NCBI GenBank assembly: GCA_964016885.1
Contig: OZ024740.1
Location: 187,116,001 to 187,180,000 of the forward strand
Source of the DNA: Eledone cirrhosa
Lineage: Eukaryota
Length of the DNA stretch: 64,000 nt
Direction of reading: 5' to 3'
Position 1 is the stretch's first letter. Each line of letters opens with the position of its first letter. Below are positions 13,171 to 26,009 of this stretch, one piece after another. The translations under genes and the position numbers were made by a program. The notes beneath the pieces are model-generated. The model was not told the origin of the DNA. It saw nothing but the letters and a program-made list of their open reading frames with translations, and made no database searches.

Positions 13171-15157
13171 TATAAACATGAGTATATCACTAGTTGCATG
13201 GTCCATCGAGCTGCGTCACCAGAACAAGGTTAAATGACCAGCAGGGGGTCCCGAGGCCAGTGCTATATGGAAAAAGACAGAATACATGTGGCATAAAATG
13301 TCTTAAAAGTTTAAAAATTAAAAATTACACCAAAAGTTTGTCATTTAAATGGTGCAATAGATGATAAAGAGGTTGGGAGAGGGTAGCAAGGGATGAGTGA
13401 GGGTAATACTCAGCATGATCAGAAACAATAAGAAAATAAGAAAAAAAAAATAATAATAAAGTACAAAAATACAGCGATAAGAAAAGAGATAAATATAAAA
13501 ATACAAAACAATAAAGGACAATAAAGGAACAAATAGCCTGAAAGCCCCCCCCCCCCCCCAAAAAAAAAATATAAGACAAAGCATAGATGCATCAAAGCAC
13601 AAGCGGTGCAAAAAGAGGGTGTACAGGCAGATCAAGAGAGTTTGCAATCATGAGTCTGTGAAAAGAATAGTTGGTTAGCAGTGGTGCAGCCTTACATTTA
13701 TGATAGTCCATATGAGGGATGTTGTACTCCAATTATATCGCCTTGTAACAGGTCGATTCTCCTTATCATATCCGCACCCTACGAACCACATCGATATGTT
13801 CCAGTTCCGAACGTTAAGTGAGATAACACTATTTTTCCAAAACCTATACCCAGGGGATCTATCACCATAGGCGGTCTGGGATATACACCTAAAATCTACA
13901 ATAAAAAATAAAAGAAAGTACGACGAGTTAAAGAGATGTATGGCACATATACAGCCGGCACAGATGTGAGGAAATTGAAAACATTCGGTCGCTATATCCA
14001 ACATGCCAGGTGAAATTCACTGTATGTCCAAGTTAGCGTTCAACCAATGCATCGCACTGCATACAACTCTACCACAGTAAATACAAATCGTGATGGTAAT
14101 CCCGTTACATATAGAGAAAAAGTCTATACAGGAAACTCCGCTTCCAGAATCACATATGGCAGAATCAGCATATATTGTTATAATAATAGGCGGGTTTATT
14201 ATAGTGAGTGCAAATTTCTGTAGAATATATATATATATATAGAAGGGATAACTCATAACCAAACCTGTCAATGACAGCTATGATATTTATATTTCCGCCA
14301 CGTGGTTTTCGTTTAGATTATTGACTCCGGAGGTTGCAATTCCTTCACAGTGGGGTGTGACCCCTCCTGGGTCGGCGGGAGTTCAATATCCAGTGCTGCA
14401 CTTTGCCCTGAGTGTCGTTCTATAATTCATCAAAGCCGGAACACAATTCATATTCAAATAACTCCAAGCTTCAAAGATTAGTCTCTCGCTAAGTAACACA
14501 CAATGGTATTCTGAATATAAACACGGGAAGTCGTAGTGTATGTATGAAAGGTATGGGAGGCAATTCGCGTCATAAAGGGCGGATTCTTTTGATATCCAAC
14601 GGGATGCTAGGGGCGAGTCTTTTGTTTGATTCGAATCCCTCGGCGATCAACCTCACCTTCCCCCTGGGGCTAGGTCGATTCAGCGGCGCCCAGCCCACAC
14701 GATTTGCTACCATAGTTCAGTATACTAGGTTAGATCTATTACACACTTTAGGGTTAAGGTTAACTAGACCCCGGGTGCTCAATTCGCCCGCTTTATAGCT
14801 GCGGCGAGGTTTTCTGGGCTTTCTGGGTTTTCTGTGCTGTGCTATCAGTTAGCGCACAAAGGGTATGTTTATAAACCATACTAATATGATTAGTGTGGGT
14901 ATGTGCATATATAGGGTCATGCTGTGCTAGGTATAGTGAAAAGCCTTAAGTAGGTTCCACCCCAGGGTTCTTGGCTTGTGGTCCAATAAGATGAACTAGG
15001 GAAGAGAGAAAGAAAATTAAGAGAGGGGGGAGGAGAAGAGGTATTAGAGTAGTCTATATGCACCTGAAGGGCAGTTATCGTCACAAAGGAACCAGGATGC
15101 AGTGCGGCGTGGTTTTACGTAGGCCAGACAGGACGGGCGCATGCAGGTCCTACAGCG

Positions 15158-15600
15158 TTAGCTAATTGGTCTAAAATAATAGAAGGAGCTAAGATATATG
15201 TGCGGGCAAGAAGAGAATATCTCCGACTTCCTATTTAGCAGGTTCAGTTTGGAGTGTATTATGGCGTGTGATTCAGAGAGACAAAGGTCACAGGTCTTGT
15301 TAGGGGGTCTGTACTGCGATGATTTAGTGATGATTCTCCAATCAAGTGTGTATTGAATATCAGTGTTCTTCAGGAGGGATATGTAACTAGCTAGGGATGT
15401 AGTATTCTTAAGTCTATCATGTCTAAATGTATAGCGATGGGAGTTGTATCTGGTCTTAAAGGGGGTCGATGTAGACCCTATATATGTTTTGGAGGAGGCC
15501 CGAGTTGTAACATCACATGCGTAGACAATATTGTTTATAAGGCATTGTCCCTTTAGGGGGCAGTCCGCCTTTCGTCTGCAGTATGTGAGTCTGCGGCACA
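15158..15600 (-). pseudogene. GIY-YIG endonuclease domain of the PLE
   Basis: CRRKADCPLKGQCL..NIVY...TYIGST..FKTRY..H...W.I....CDLCLSE...LLNRKSEI..SCPH in ORF 15158-15721. Confidence 0.9.
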
Positions 15601-15734
15601 GGAGATGTTTGGTTTTCCGTGCGTTCCAGATTTGGCAACCGTACATCAGATGTGTGGATAGTATTGCTGGGTGACGCCGCATCAGGTCCATGTAGTGGTT
15701 GCCGGTGTGCCGCAGCTGCAATGGTATCGAAACC

Positions 15735-15965
15735 CTTTCTAATTTTGTTGTTGTTCGTTATGGCTAGGTGACGAGCTAGATTTGGAGTAGTGGAGAATGA
15801 TAGCTTGATTGTGTTTTTATTAATGATACTATGGTATTTACTAGCGGGAGGGTGGAGTTTTTTTCCAAGATCGAGAAGAATGCCTTTGGTATATTGGTTG
15901 ATACCTCCGAGTTGTAAGGTGGATTAAAGTAAGAATTAGATCTTCGTCTATTTTTCTTATTTTTC
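15735..15965 (-). pseudogene. PLE RT-EN linker, frameshifted
   Basis: RRRSNSYFNPPYNSEVSTNIPKAFFSILEK; another frame continues SKYHSIINKNTIKLSFSTTPN, matching the 'WFNPP...N.NT.K.SYS' linker of this PLE group. Confidence 0.8.
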
Positions 15966-16213
15966 GTACTAGGGGAAGAGTTGACCCTGGGCATGGACAA
16001 ACCATCTTCCGTCGTAGAGAGAACCTGGGGTGGTAACCCTACCCGGAGGGGTTCACAGGCTTCCCTGTTTTCCCATTGCACTTCAATTTTCTAGCTTTTA
16101 TCCTAGTGTAGGTGTTATTGCCATACCGATGAGGTGTGTTTAATGGAGTCCCTTGGAGTTGGTCAGAGCCGCCTACAGGACCCGTGTAGTTCCTATTTTT
16201 GTGTCAGCTTCTA

Positions 16214-17056
16214 TTAGGCAATGCCATATTGTGTGTTTACATTATATTGTCTGGCCCTGGTGGTTTGGGCGTTGTTATGTATGTAGTATATTTTTTCTCT
16301 AAAACCGGACATTGCTAGTGCTTTATTATAGTACCTTGAATTAGACCTAAATGCATGCTCGTTATGTGATAGTCTGCTAATCCTGTTAGATACCCCTATA
16401 ATTAGGGCATTTAGGACGGGTCTAGGGTGGTTGGAATTTGCATTCACGTATGTTATTGTTTCATTTGGCTTTTGATAGGGTGAGAAGTATTTATTTTCCA
16501 CGTCAAGGGTTACGTCTAGAACGTTAACCGTTTTATTACTTATGTCTATCGTTATGCTAAGGTTAAAGCTATTGAAGGATTTATGTAGTTCTTTTCTCGT
16601 CCTTTCTATATTATGTTTTTTATATTCAATAGTGAACAGGGCGTCGTCGCGGTATAGCCCGCCTTTAAAGTGCGGGAATGTTTTATGCAGTTCATGGAGG
16701 AGGTAAAGTCCAACGAAGTCAGTGACCTGCGCCGAATAGCTGGACCCCATTGTGACATCAAAGTTATTTGGCGGGTTCTTCCGGGTCCAAAGTTGGTCTT
16801 CGAAGAAGATTAGAGTTCTCCGGGAAGCAAGGATGATGTCAATTTGGGATCTAGTCAGGTCACTATTTTACATAGCTAATATAAGTGCCTTATTTAGAAG
16901 GATAGGAGAGATCGAGGTATAGTATGAGTTGATATCGAATTGGATGAACTTCAGGGACTTATGGTTACTAATGCTTTAGAACCATTTAATGACCTCCTCA
17001 GTATTCCCCCATAGGTCAAGGTAAATTTTACTTCGTATAACAGGGATAACGGCTCT
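16214..17056 (-). pseudogene. PLE reverse transcriptase with in-frame TAA stops
   Basis: LWGNTEEVIKWF*..FIQFDINSYYTSI...FDVTMGSSYSAQVTDFVGLYLL..GLYRDDAL...VLDVTLD...YQKPN..YVNANSNHP..RISRLS. Confidence 0.92.
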
Positions 17057-17214
17057 GTAGTATACTAGTTATCCTACAGCGAGCTAAAACCACACTGTCA
17101 TACCAAGGGCAATATATCTACATGTCTGGGCATATTGATATATTTGTCAACGAAATATATATATATATATATGTATACATTCATACACCTATAAATATAT
17201 ATATATGTGTGTAA

Positions 17215-17245
<31 letters not shown>

Positions 17246-17574
17246 CGTGTATACATTCATACACCTATAAATATATATATGATTAAGAGATGAACCTTAT
17301 CAACTAGAATGGACACAGCTTTGGTCATTTCCCCATTCACTCAATAATCAAGTAAGTTTGCATTATTAAAATTGAAACCCAACTGGTTAGTGTGCACATA
17401 TACATTAATCAGTGAGGTGATGACTTTATGTGGGTATAAATACTGAGAAGCCTCGACCGATGCATCAATTTCTATGACTCCAATCTGCTGGCAGCAGTGT
17501 AGAACAGCTATGTGCAGAATATTACGTAATGTTAGTATATATTACGTAATTTAGCATATATATAAATTCATATT

Positions 17575-17850
17575 CCATCATCATCACCGTTTTACATCCA
17601 TTCTTCCACGCTAGAATGGGTTAGGTGGGTTGTCCTGTTGCAGGCAGTGCCCGGTCGGCTGACCTTGTGTTGCTCATACTGGAACTGATTTGGGCTTGAT
17701 TTCTACAGCTGGATGCCCTTCCTAACACCAGCTTCATTTACATTGAGTGCTGGGTGCTTTTTCCGTGGTGCTTACACGACCACTTTACAGTGTGGGTTGG
17801 GTGCTTTTTTGCCATGGCACCTTCACGACCACTTTGCAGTGGGATGGGGA
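17575..17850 (-). mobile_element. RTE-tail-related SINE/LINE 3' UTR family R1
   Basis: (CAT)n tail, CTACAGCTGGATGCCCTTCCTAACACCA motif and internal CACTTTRCAGTG subrepeats; inverted counterpart at 25440-25723. Confidence 0.8.
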
Positions 17851-19121
17851 GGGGGCATATTGTCTATATGCTTCAGCTTCGGCTTTTTTATTTATATGTG
17901 TATATATATATTTTTTTTTCATATATGTATATATATGTATATATATGTTTATATATGTATATACATATATATGAGAAATATCAATCTGTAGATGCAGAAG
18001 TAAATATTTCAAAAATATTACGCCCAAAAATTGCCTTTAGAAAATAGAAAGATTTAACGATAGCGTGTGATGACATTCTCTTGAGATGAGCGAAATGTAT
18101 GCAAGGAGAATTATGTCATTATGTGGAGCGTGAAGAACAAATTCTTGCTATGAAAAACTCATATTCTTGTTATGAAAAGATATTCTTTTTAGAACAGCCA
18201 AATATTTTCCAGCTACCATATATGGAAGATGATATTAAAAGGATTGATTAAACATAAAGATACTGTAGGTATAACTAATGGTAAAAATAATCAAAATAAT
18301 AATGAAAACATTAATAGTAATATTTGGGGGATTTTGGCTCTGACATAAGTATGCCCTGACTGGTGTGGATATATGCATTAATGAAAATGTAGTGTATGAA
18401 AATTATTCCTTCAGAAATATCTTGGATAAATATCATAACAATATTTATATTTCTGTAAACACGCACCCTAGTAATATACCCACTCACCTATTCTCATACA
18501 TACACATGTTTGTCTATATGCAAGTGTGAGTATATGTAGATATCTATATCTGAATGCTTTTAACTGGGTAAAACAGCTCTTCCACAATGAAACTCAGTTA
18601 TTTTAAAACTATGACATAAAACGATTCTGTAAGAAAACAATCACATCTAGACTTCTTTATATCGTTCATATTTCAGCATTAACACATTTTGTTACTGACA
18701 AATTTGAGAATACCCTAATTTTCATACAATACTTCTGATATTTGTAATTACATTAAAACCTCCAATAATAATTTACATAAGACCCTTTTCATAAAATTGT
18801 GTTCCATATACCTACTTAATAATGAAAGAGTTAAGATTTTACTAAATCATTACAAATTTGTTATTGTTTTCAAACCTGCTTGATACATATAGGCAGTGTA
18901 TTTCATTATGCATATGGCTATGAAAGAGTTACACAAATCTCATTATTGTATTGTCATTAGTAAAATACAGTAAAACAGGTTTCAGCAATGGACATATCCT
19001 TATTGTACAGGAAGAAAGGGAAGGGTTAAAATCTGTTTACTTAAGTTGCTCTGATTATGTTTGAATGTGAAGAAAATTTTTTTCCATCCCATCAAAACAT
19101 ATAATCGTGTGTGTGTGTATG

Positions 19122-19227
<106 letters not shown>

Positions 19228-19746
19228 GGTAGATACACACACATGCATACATATATACGTATGGTATATAGTTATATTTTGATAAATAAAAACAAAACAT
19301 ATAAAAGGAAAATTTAGATAATATGTATTGATTCGGAGCCTTATTGCTTTTCTCAGTTATGTGTATGAATGATTGTTATATTAATCTTTCCAAAAAAATC
19401 CATCTGTATTGTTACACAAAGAAAATTGAAGCAGTAGTTTTCTGCTTAATTGGATGAAATAATGATGACTTAGCAATATATAATGAAATTATTACCATGC
19501 CATGTAAAGAGTATATCTCTCTCTATTGATTGAGAAGGGTCAATTATTATGAACTGATCTTCAAAAAGATTTCATTCATTATATCTTAACTAGGCTTTGC
19601 ATGTAAGTTTTCACTTGCTAATTCATCTGAATAATTTTACTTTACACACACACATATATACAATATATATATATATATAAGTATATATATTATATATAGG
19701 TATACATACATATATATATATGTTATATATATATATGTATATATGT

Positions 19747-19787
<41 letters not shown>

Positions 19788-19840
19788 TATATATATAGGT
19801 ATACATAAATATATACACATGGATAAATACATGTATACAA

Positions 19841-19871
<31 letters not shown>

Positions 19872-21092
19872 GATACATGTACACAGCATGCATACATACA
19901 TTGTTGTTGATGTTTTTTGCTTCATCATGTTTGTCCATTGAATGCAATGATGATAATCCTCTCCTTCAGCTGTGGATCCATTGCTCTGAGTCCCTCTTCA
20001 TTTTGAATAGTTGGTCCTTTGATGATTTCTTAAAGATCAACAGCAATGGTGGATGCAGCAATATGGGCAATTAGATAATTGCCACTGACAGCGTATATCA
20101 ACTGTATAACTTCCCAAGCAAGGAAACTTTGGAAATGGCAGTATTTCATGATTGCAGACACACGAGACAATAATCATTGCATCAACAATAAACCTCAGGG
20201 AGATCCAAGTTCCATGATTTACGTTGCAGATGATACCTACACAATTAATTTTTTAGTCATATTTTTATGGTGTACTGAATTGACCAACAGGATTTGTAGG
20301 ATGTCCCTTTATGTTCTGAGTTTAAATTCCGTCAAAGTTAATTTTCCTTTTCATCCTTATTAATGCACCGGGGTTAATTTAATCGACTTTCCCCTCCCCT
20401 AAAATTGTTGGCCTCGTACCAAAATCAGAAACTACTATTAGAGGTGTATACAATCCCCAATATTACTGTTTTTATTGGAAAGGGGATAGATTTGGTTGCA
20501 AGAGTGACCCAAGATAATTGGTACATCCTTCTAACTACAAGAGGCTACTGGAAATCCAATATGTCAAACAATGTCTTAAAGCTGACCACACCATCTTGTT
20601 TTTGGTTTTTCTTTGAGAATGTATACCATTAGCCTTTGTTTTTCTACAATAATGCAGTAAGCCATTGCAGATAGGTTACTCCCACTACAACTAAGGACCT
20701 GTATATACTCTTGTTCATCAGAAAGATTCTCTGACAAGAACTAGAGATCCATCACTCTCAAAATGGTCGTCTTACAGCATGCTATCCACCCTCTCAGGAA
20801 AAGGTTTCATAACATATGAAATTGTTATTTCAAACATTTAAATAAATACTATTATTTCTATTGAAAATTAAGGAGGAATGATTTTGTAGATTTTAGGTTT
20901 CTCTTACTAAGAAATAAGACTCTTCTTCAGAATTTTAATCTTTAGAACATACATTTGTGATGAAGAGCATAAAACAATGAAAAAAAAGGAAACAGAAAAG
21001 AAAATACAATTAATATATTAAGTGTTTCAACTCGGGAAATAAATTAAAATGAAGAAATACAAACCAACCAATAAAGAATACAGTAAACACAC

Positions 21093-21134
21093 CTTGTTAA
21101 GCTAATGGACTCAATGGTGATGGTTGATGTATAT
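21093..21134 (-). other. Candidate 42-nt exon (phase 2-2)
   Basis: acacag|A TAT ACA TCA ACC ATC ACC ATT GAG TCC ATT AGC TTA ACA AG|gtgtgt; a competing AG lies 11 nt upstream. Confidence 0.15.
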
Positions 21135-21626
21135 CTGTGTTATGACTAGAGTAACAATAGTTTAATCAAAACATCAACAAATAAAAAGTAAAAGGCAAAG
21201 AAAAAAATTGTTAGGAAAACTGGAAACAATAATACATAAAAAAATCTAAAAATATTTCACATCATGTTAATTTGTTTTATAGATGTATGTTCATGTTTAT
21301 GTTTGTTTATTTGTGTTCATTTATGTTTGTGTTAATGTGTGCATGTGCATAATAGAATCTCTGTGAATAGCAAAGAGTTGGTGTAGTATTTGAATAGTTT
21401 AAATAGAAGAAATTAATTAGTTACAGTTTGTAATGCTATGGATGTGATTTCAACCATGATGTCCTGATTTATTCATCTATTATAACGCTTGACAAGAGGA
21501 GTCATGCTAGCAACAAAACAATGGAAAATAATAGTCAACTTGCACTACACTCACTAAAGCTAAGCTTGCTTATACCACCATGATAATTCTTTCAGATCCA
21601 TTTTAAACTACTACCAACTCTCTTTC

Positions 21627-21627
<1 letters not shown>

Positions 21628-21691
<64 letters not shown>

Positions 21692-21692
21692 A

Positions 21693-21765
<73 letters not shown>

Positions 21766-21790
21766 TCATCATCATCATCATATATATATA
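21628..21790. repeat. Compound (ATCT)n-(TA)n-(ATC)n microsatellite
   Basis: Directly visible. Confidence 0.97.
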
Positions 21791-22733
21791 TTATATTTGG
21801 TCTTTCTTTATGTGAGATCAATCAAGATGGGTGTGACTGATTTTCTTGAATTCTGCCAAACTATTGAAAGGTTTCTATGATTAATATTCCAGCATGGATG
21901 AAAAAGCAAGCAAAAGAAGAAAATACAACAAAAATTAACTAATAAACAACTAAATTACAGCACAGTACATATATAAATGGTGTACCATATCATGTGTAAA
22001 CATTTGTTTTTTTAAATATAGAAATTACATACAAGAAATGGTTCATTAAGAATATACTGCTGACTTTGAATCATTTCCAGTCTATGAAAAGAATTATATT
22101 TTTTATACTGATTATATAAAATATATTAACTATTTTTGAAAACAACTATAAAGAATTGAGATATCACTATGTCCATTATGTGATATTTAGATATTCTGTG
22201 GATATCCTCTAGGTATATGATATCCATTCCTTATACATATTATGCAGCATCTAGATATGTTCTTTGTCCAGAAAATTTGATTAATTTCCAATATTATACA
22301 TTTACTTATTTACTTTTATTGTTCAGTCAGGAAGGGAAGGTCAATGCTCATGATCCTGTTCAAAATTTCCAAGACTGGTTGGAGGGATGAATGGAGAAAA
22401 GTACCCTCAAACTGGGAATCTTGTCTGAATATTTCAAATAGCGTTGATGCTGCTGAAGGCATCCATGGGGCAGCAGTGCTCTTAAACCAGATGACAGATT
22501 ATGTTTACCACTGAATTAGGCCACATTATGAATTGAACCTAGAACCAAAGAGCTAGAACAAATACCACAGGGAAGACTGTCCAGTACTCTAACAATTCTG
22601 TCAACCCCCTTCCCTTGACTGGTATGTTATTTTAGCAAAAGATAAAAAGCAATGCTGATCTCAGCAGGATTTGACTTCTGAAAGCAGACATCTGAAAGCA
22701 ATACTACATAGTATTTGGTCATATGCTCTTATG

Positions 22734-22904
22734 CAAGGTTTCCCAAACTTTTTCAAATTCAAAGCCCTTTTTGGTTCAGAAACCTTTGGGGGAACCTCAA
22801 AGTCTGATACTGTTATATGGTCATAATATAAATATATATACTCCTCTACCTTTTTTCATGGAACCCCAGACACACATTTGCAGAACACTGTTTGGGAACC
22901 ACTG
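22734..22904. mobile_element. hAT (Charlie-like) MITE
   Basis: TIRs CAAGGTTTCCCAAAC / GTTTGGGAACCACTG; 8-bp TSD CTCTTATG / CTCTAATG; internal GGAACC motifs. Confidence 0.8.
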
Positions 22905-25077
22905 CTCTAATGACTCATCCAATACACTACCCTTATTGTACAGTTTAGTGTAATGTGGCGCCAAAATTGGTAGAGTATTAGAAAAAATTAACTTGCAGAA
23001 TATATTTATAGAGCTTTACATTATATGTTCAAAACCATCCTATGAACATTCACTTCATTATCTTTTCTTCATCTGTAGCTGACTATAACTCTCATTAACC
23101 AATTTGTAGCCTTGTGTCAATATGTGTATTCAATATCTCTTATCGATATCCCTTACTCAATATTATATTCAATTACAGAACAAATACATAGAATTAATTA
23201 ATTACTAATATGCAAAGCAGAGTAATATTGAGACTGTAATTGTATTATAAAGTAAATTTAGTTGTACTAGAAAGTTTCCCCAACACTGTATGTGTATATA
23301 ATTGGATATAACAAGTAAATGTGAACAAATGCCTGGACAATATCTTCACAGACAGAAAGCAAATGATTGGTCCCACTGGTTGTGTCCTATTTGCTCATCT
23401 GCTCGTTATATGTCCACAGAGACATTGTGTACATCGTCTGACAGGAATATTATCTTTTTATGCTAATCAAGGTTTGGGGTTTAGTGACATCCCTAATCTC
23501 TATGGGCAGATAACTGATAGGCGTGCATTTCCTGATGAGTGTTATAAATCCAGTTAGACTGAGGCCTCTTTTTCTGCCCATGGCGCGATTGATTGATTGA
23601 TCGAATTGATTGACAAAATACCAGACCTCAATTGTTTACCAAGTGGGGTGGAATTCATCAAGTGTCCAGTTGCTGATACTATTTACCAGTCATAAGTCCA
23701 TGAAGAGATAGTATAGATATTTCTTTGTCCACTACCTAATTACCCACGTTATGCTGGCTAAATTTAGAGCTAATACTAAGTATTTGTGCAATAGAATAAA
23801 TCTAGATTTACTCTATAACAGTACTATGGTGTTGTGTAGCTTCGAGTCAAGCCTGACCGAACCGACATGATCAAAGTTGCTTCAACCATGACAATGCCAT
23901 TATTCAACACTAACTAATGTGTCCTTCCATTTACAAAACAGAAGTGTGCAATTTGAAGGATATTTGGCTGTTATTTCAAACAAGTCAAACTCCTATGTTG
24001 AGGCTCCAATTGTACATAAGTGCTATGTGAATGATGGCGCTCCTCACAGAGACATATTGATTTTTCAAGTAAGGAATTTTCTTGTTCTCATTTAATAACG
24101 ACAATTATAGTCTGAACGCACACTTTGCTTCAGGAAGTGATTTTGTATTCTTGACCATTGCTGTCTTTCTATTTCTCCACTTTCTTTCTCTCTCTCCCTC
24201 TCCCTCATTTGAATAAAGTCAAGTTGGCCCTCACCAACACCTTATTAATTGATGAACAGTTCACTGACTAACTTTCTGAAGTCTGTGTCAAATATTACTT
24301 GCATCACAGAACTGCACTAGGCTCAATCAAAATAAATATTGAAATTCCAGTATTAGATTATAGAAATCTTTATAATTTCCTTTCAACACAAACCTACTTA
24401 GAATTTCCATGAATGGGGATAGAATAATTTATAACTAGACATAGAGATATGAAGATTATGAACAACTTGCATGTTTCAGCATGTGATGAAAATCCATTTC
24501 TGACTTATGGCAAAAGCAAAAATGGGTTGATATTGTCTAACTTAAGCACAAGGACAGAAATATGTGAAACGGAAGCACTGGGCCTATTAAATAGACCACT
24601 AACCCTATTAAATAGACCACAATAATTATTTATTTAAGTTGTATTACAATTTGAGAAGAAATGCTTCACTGGTTTTGTTTTATATATTGCCAATTACCAG
24701 AAATTTGTGAAGAGGAGAGGAAGCATGAAGATGATTAAATCCATCCCAGTATTCATTTCAGTAATTTATAACACTATATGTGAACAAATATATCACTGGT
24801 ATTATTTTATGGCTCTCAGAAGGCCAAACATGTTTAACATAAACGAAAACAAACAAAAGAAAAACAATAGAAATACTTAAAGAAGCTTACAGCCTATTAA
24901 ATTAATACCCAGTATGTATTAACATTTATATTACAATATATAAACAAATAATTCACTGGTATTATTTTATAGTCCGACCACCACAAGAAGGCTAAAGTAA
25001 ATCCTGAGCAAAAGTATTAAAAAATACAAGGGTGTTGTATTTTGTTTGGAGCATTGTGTTAGTGTATATAGCAGTAT

Positions 25078-25319
25078 GTTATTGGAAGGCTATGATAACA
25101 CAAAATGGACATTAGTTTTCGGTATAGATTGATGGCAACAAAGATGTTGGTGTGTCACCTGATATTTTATTTATGACAACAATAGCACAAACCCTGATCC
25201 CATTTCTTATTATAGCCTTATTATAGTAAATAAAAGAACAAGTTTCGCACCAACATCTTTGTTGCCATTTTATTCCAAAATTTACCATCCATTTTGCATT
25301 GTCATAGCCTTCAAATAAC
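25078..25319. repeat. Imperfect ~95-bp inverted repeat (fold-back/MITE-like)
   Basis: 25078-25173 vs 25227-25319 with a perfect 21-bp core ATGGCAACAAAGATGTTGGTG. Confidence 0.8.
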
Positions 25320-25439
25320 TTTATGTAAAAAATCTTCACATGAGTGATACACCACAGAAGAGCAGATGTCAAAAGCATAGAAAAATCTATCGATAAAAAT
25401 TTAATTAGCTTTGCAGATTTTAGATAAAGCAAAGTAAAT

Positions 25440-25723
25440 ATGCCCCCACACCCATCCACTGCAAGGTGGTTGTGGAGGTGCCACGGCAAAAAAGCACCCA
25501 GCCCACACTGTAAAGTGGACGTGTAGGCACCACGAAAAAGCACCCAGCACTCACTGTAAATGAGGTTGGTGTTAGGAAGGGCATCCAGCTGTAGAAAGCA
25601 AGCCAGATCAGTTCCTGTATGAGCAAGGCATGGTCAGCCGACCAGACACTGCCCACAACAGGACAACCTGTCTAACCCATGCTAGCGTGGAAGAACGGAC
25701 GTAAAACGGTGATGATGATGATG
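25440..25723 (+). mobile_element. Family R1 copy
   Basis: Ends GGACGTAAAACGGT(GAT)n; homologous to 17575-17850 and 41675-41860. Confidence 0.8.
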
Positions 25724-25962
25724 AAAGTGAATTTTCATGGTTACCTTCTTGTTACATGTCAACATCAGCCAGGTTAACTGTCAGTATATGTTGTTGTGTT
25801 TTATTGTGAGAGCCAATGAGGGAGCCACTTTGCAGTTTCTCAAACTTCTAAAAATAGAAGCAAAATCTCCCTTGAATCATGCCCAGCCATCTTAAAAATG
25901 AGATGGCCATAGACAATGTAGTCCATTTGTTTTATTTCTCTTATGCTACACTACTTTATTTT

Positions 25963-26009
25963 ACAAAACAAAACAAAACAAAACAAAACAAAACAAAACA
26001 AAACAAAAA
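25963..26009. repeat. (AAAAC)n microsatellite
   Basis: Directly visible. Confidence 0.95.

Larger units (their letters stand above)
13079..17155 (-). mobile_element. Penelope-like retroelement, Naiad-type, 5'-truncated
   Basis: GC-richer block between (TA)n tracts containing RT and GIY-YIG homology and ending in a hammerhead-like motif plus AATAAA. Confidence 0.85.

Noticed and set aside
15040-15157. GC-rich structured segment right after the GIY-YIG stop as a possible SECIS
   Set aside because: Could not find a UGAN/NGAN quartet with a properly spaced apical AA; the stops seen in the RT are TAA and the EN cysteines are ordinary Cys codons
24745-24997. Diverged ~165-bp direct repeat and short tandem duplications (24583, 32097, 49115, 63785) as CRISPR-like arrays
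   Set aside because: Only 2-3 units, no unique spacers and a eukaryotic context; ordinary local duplications
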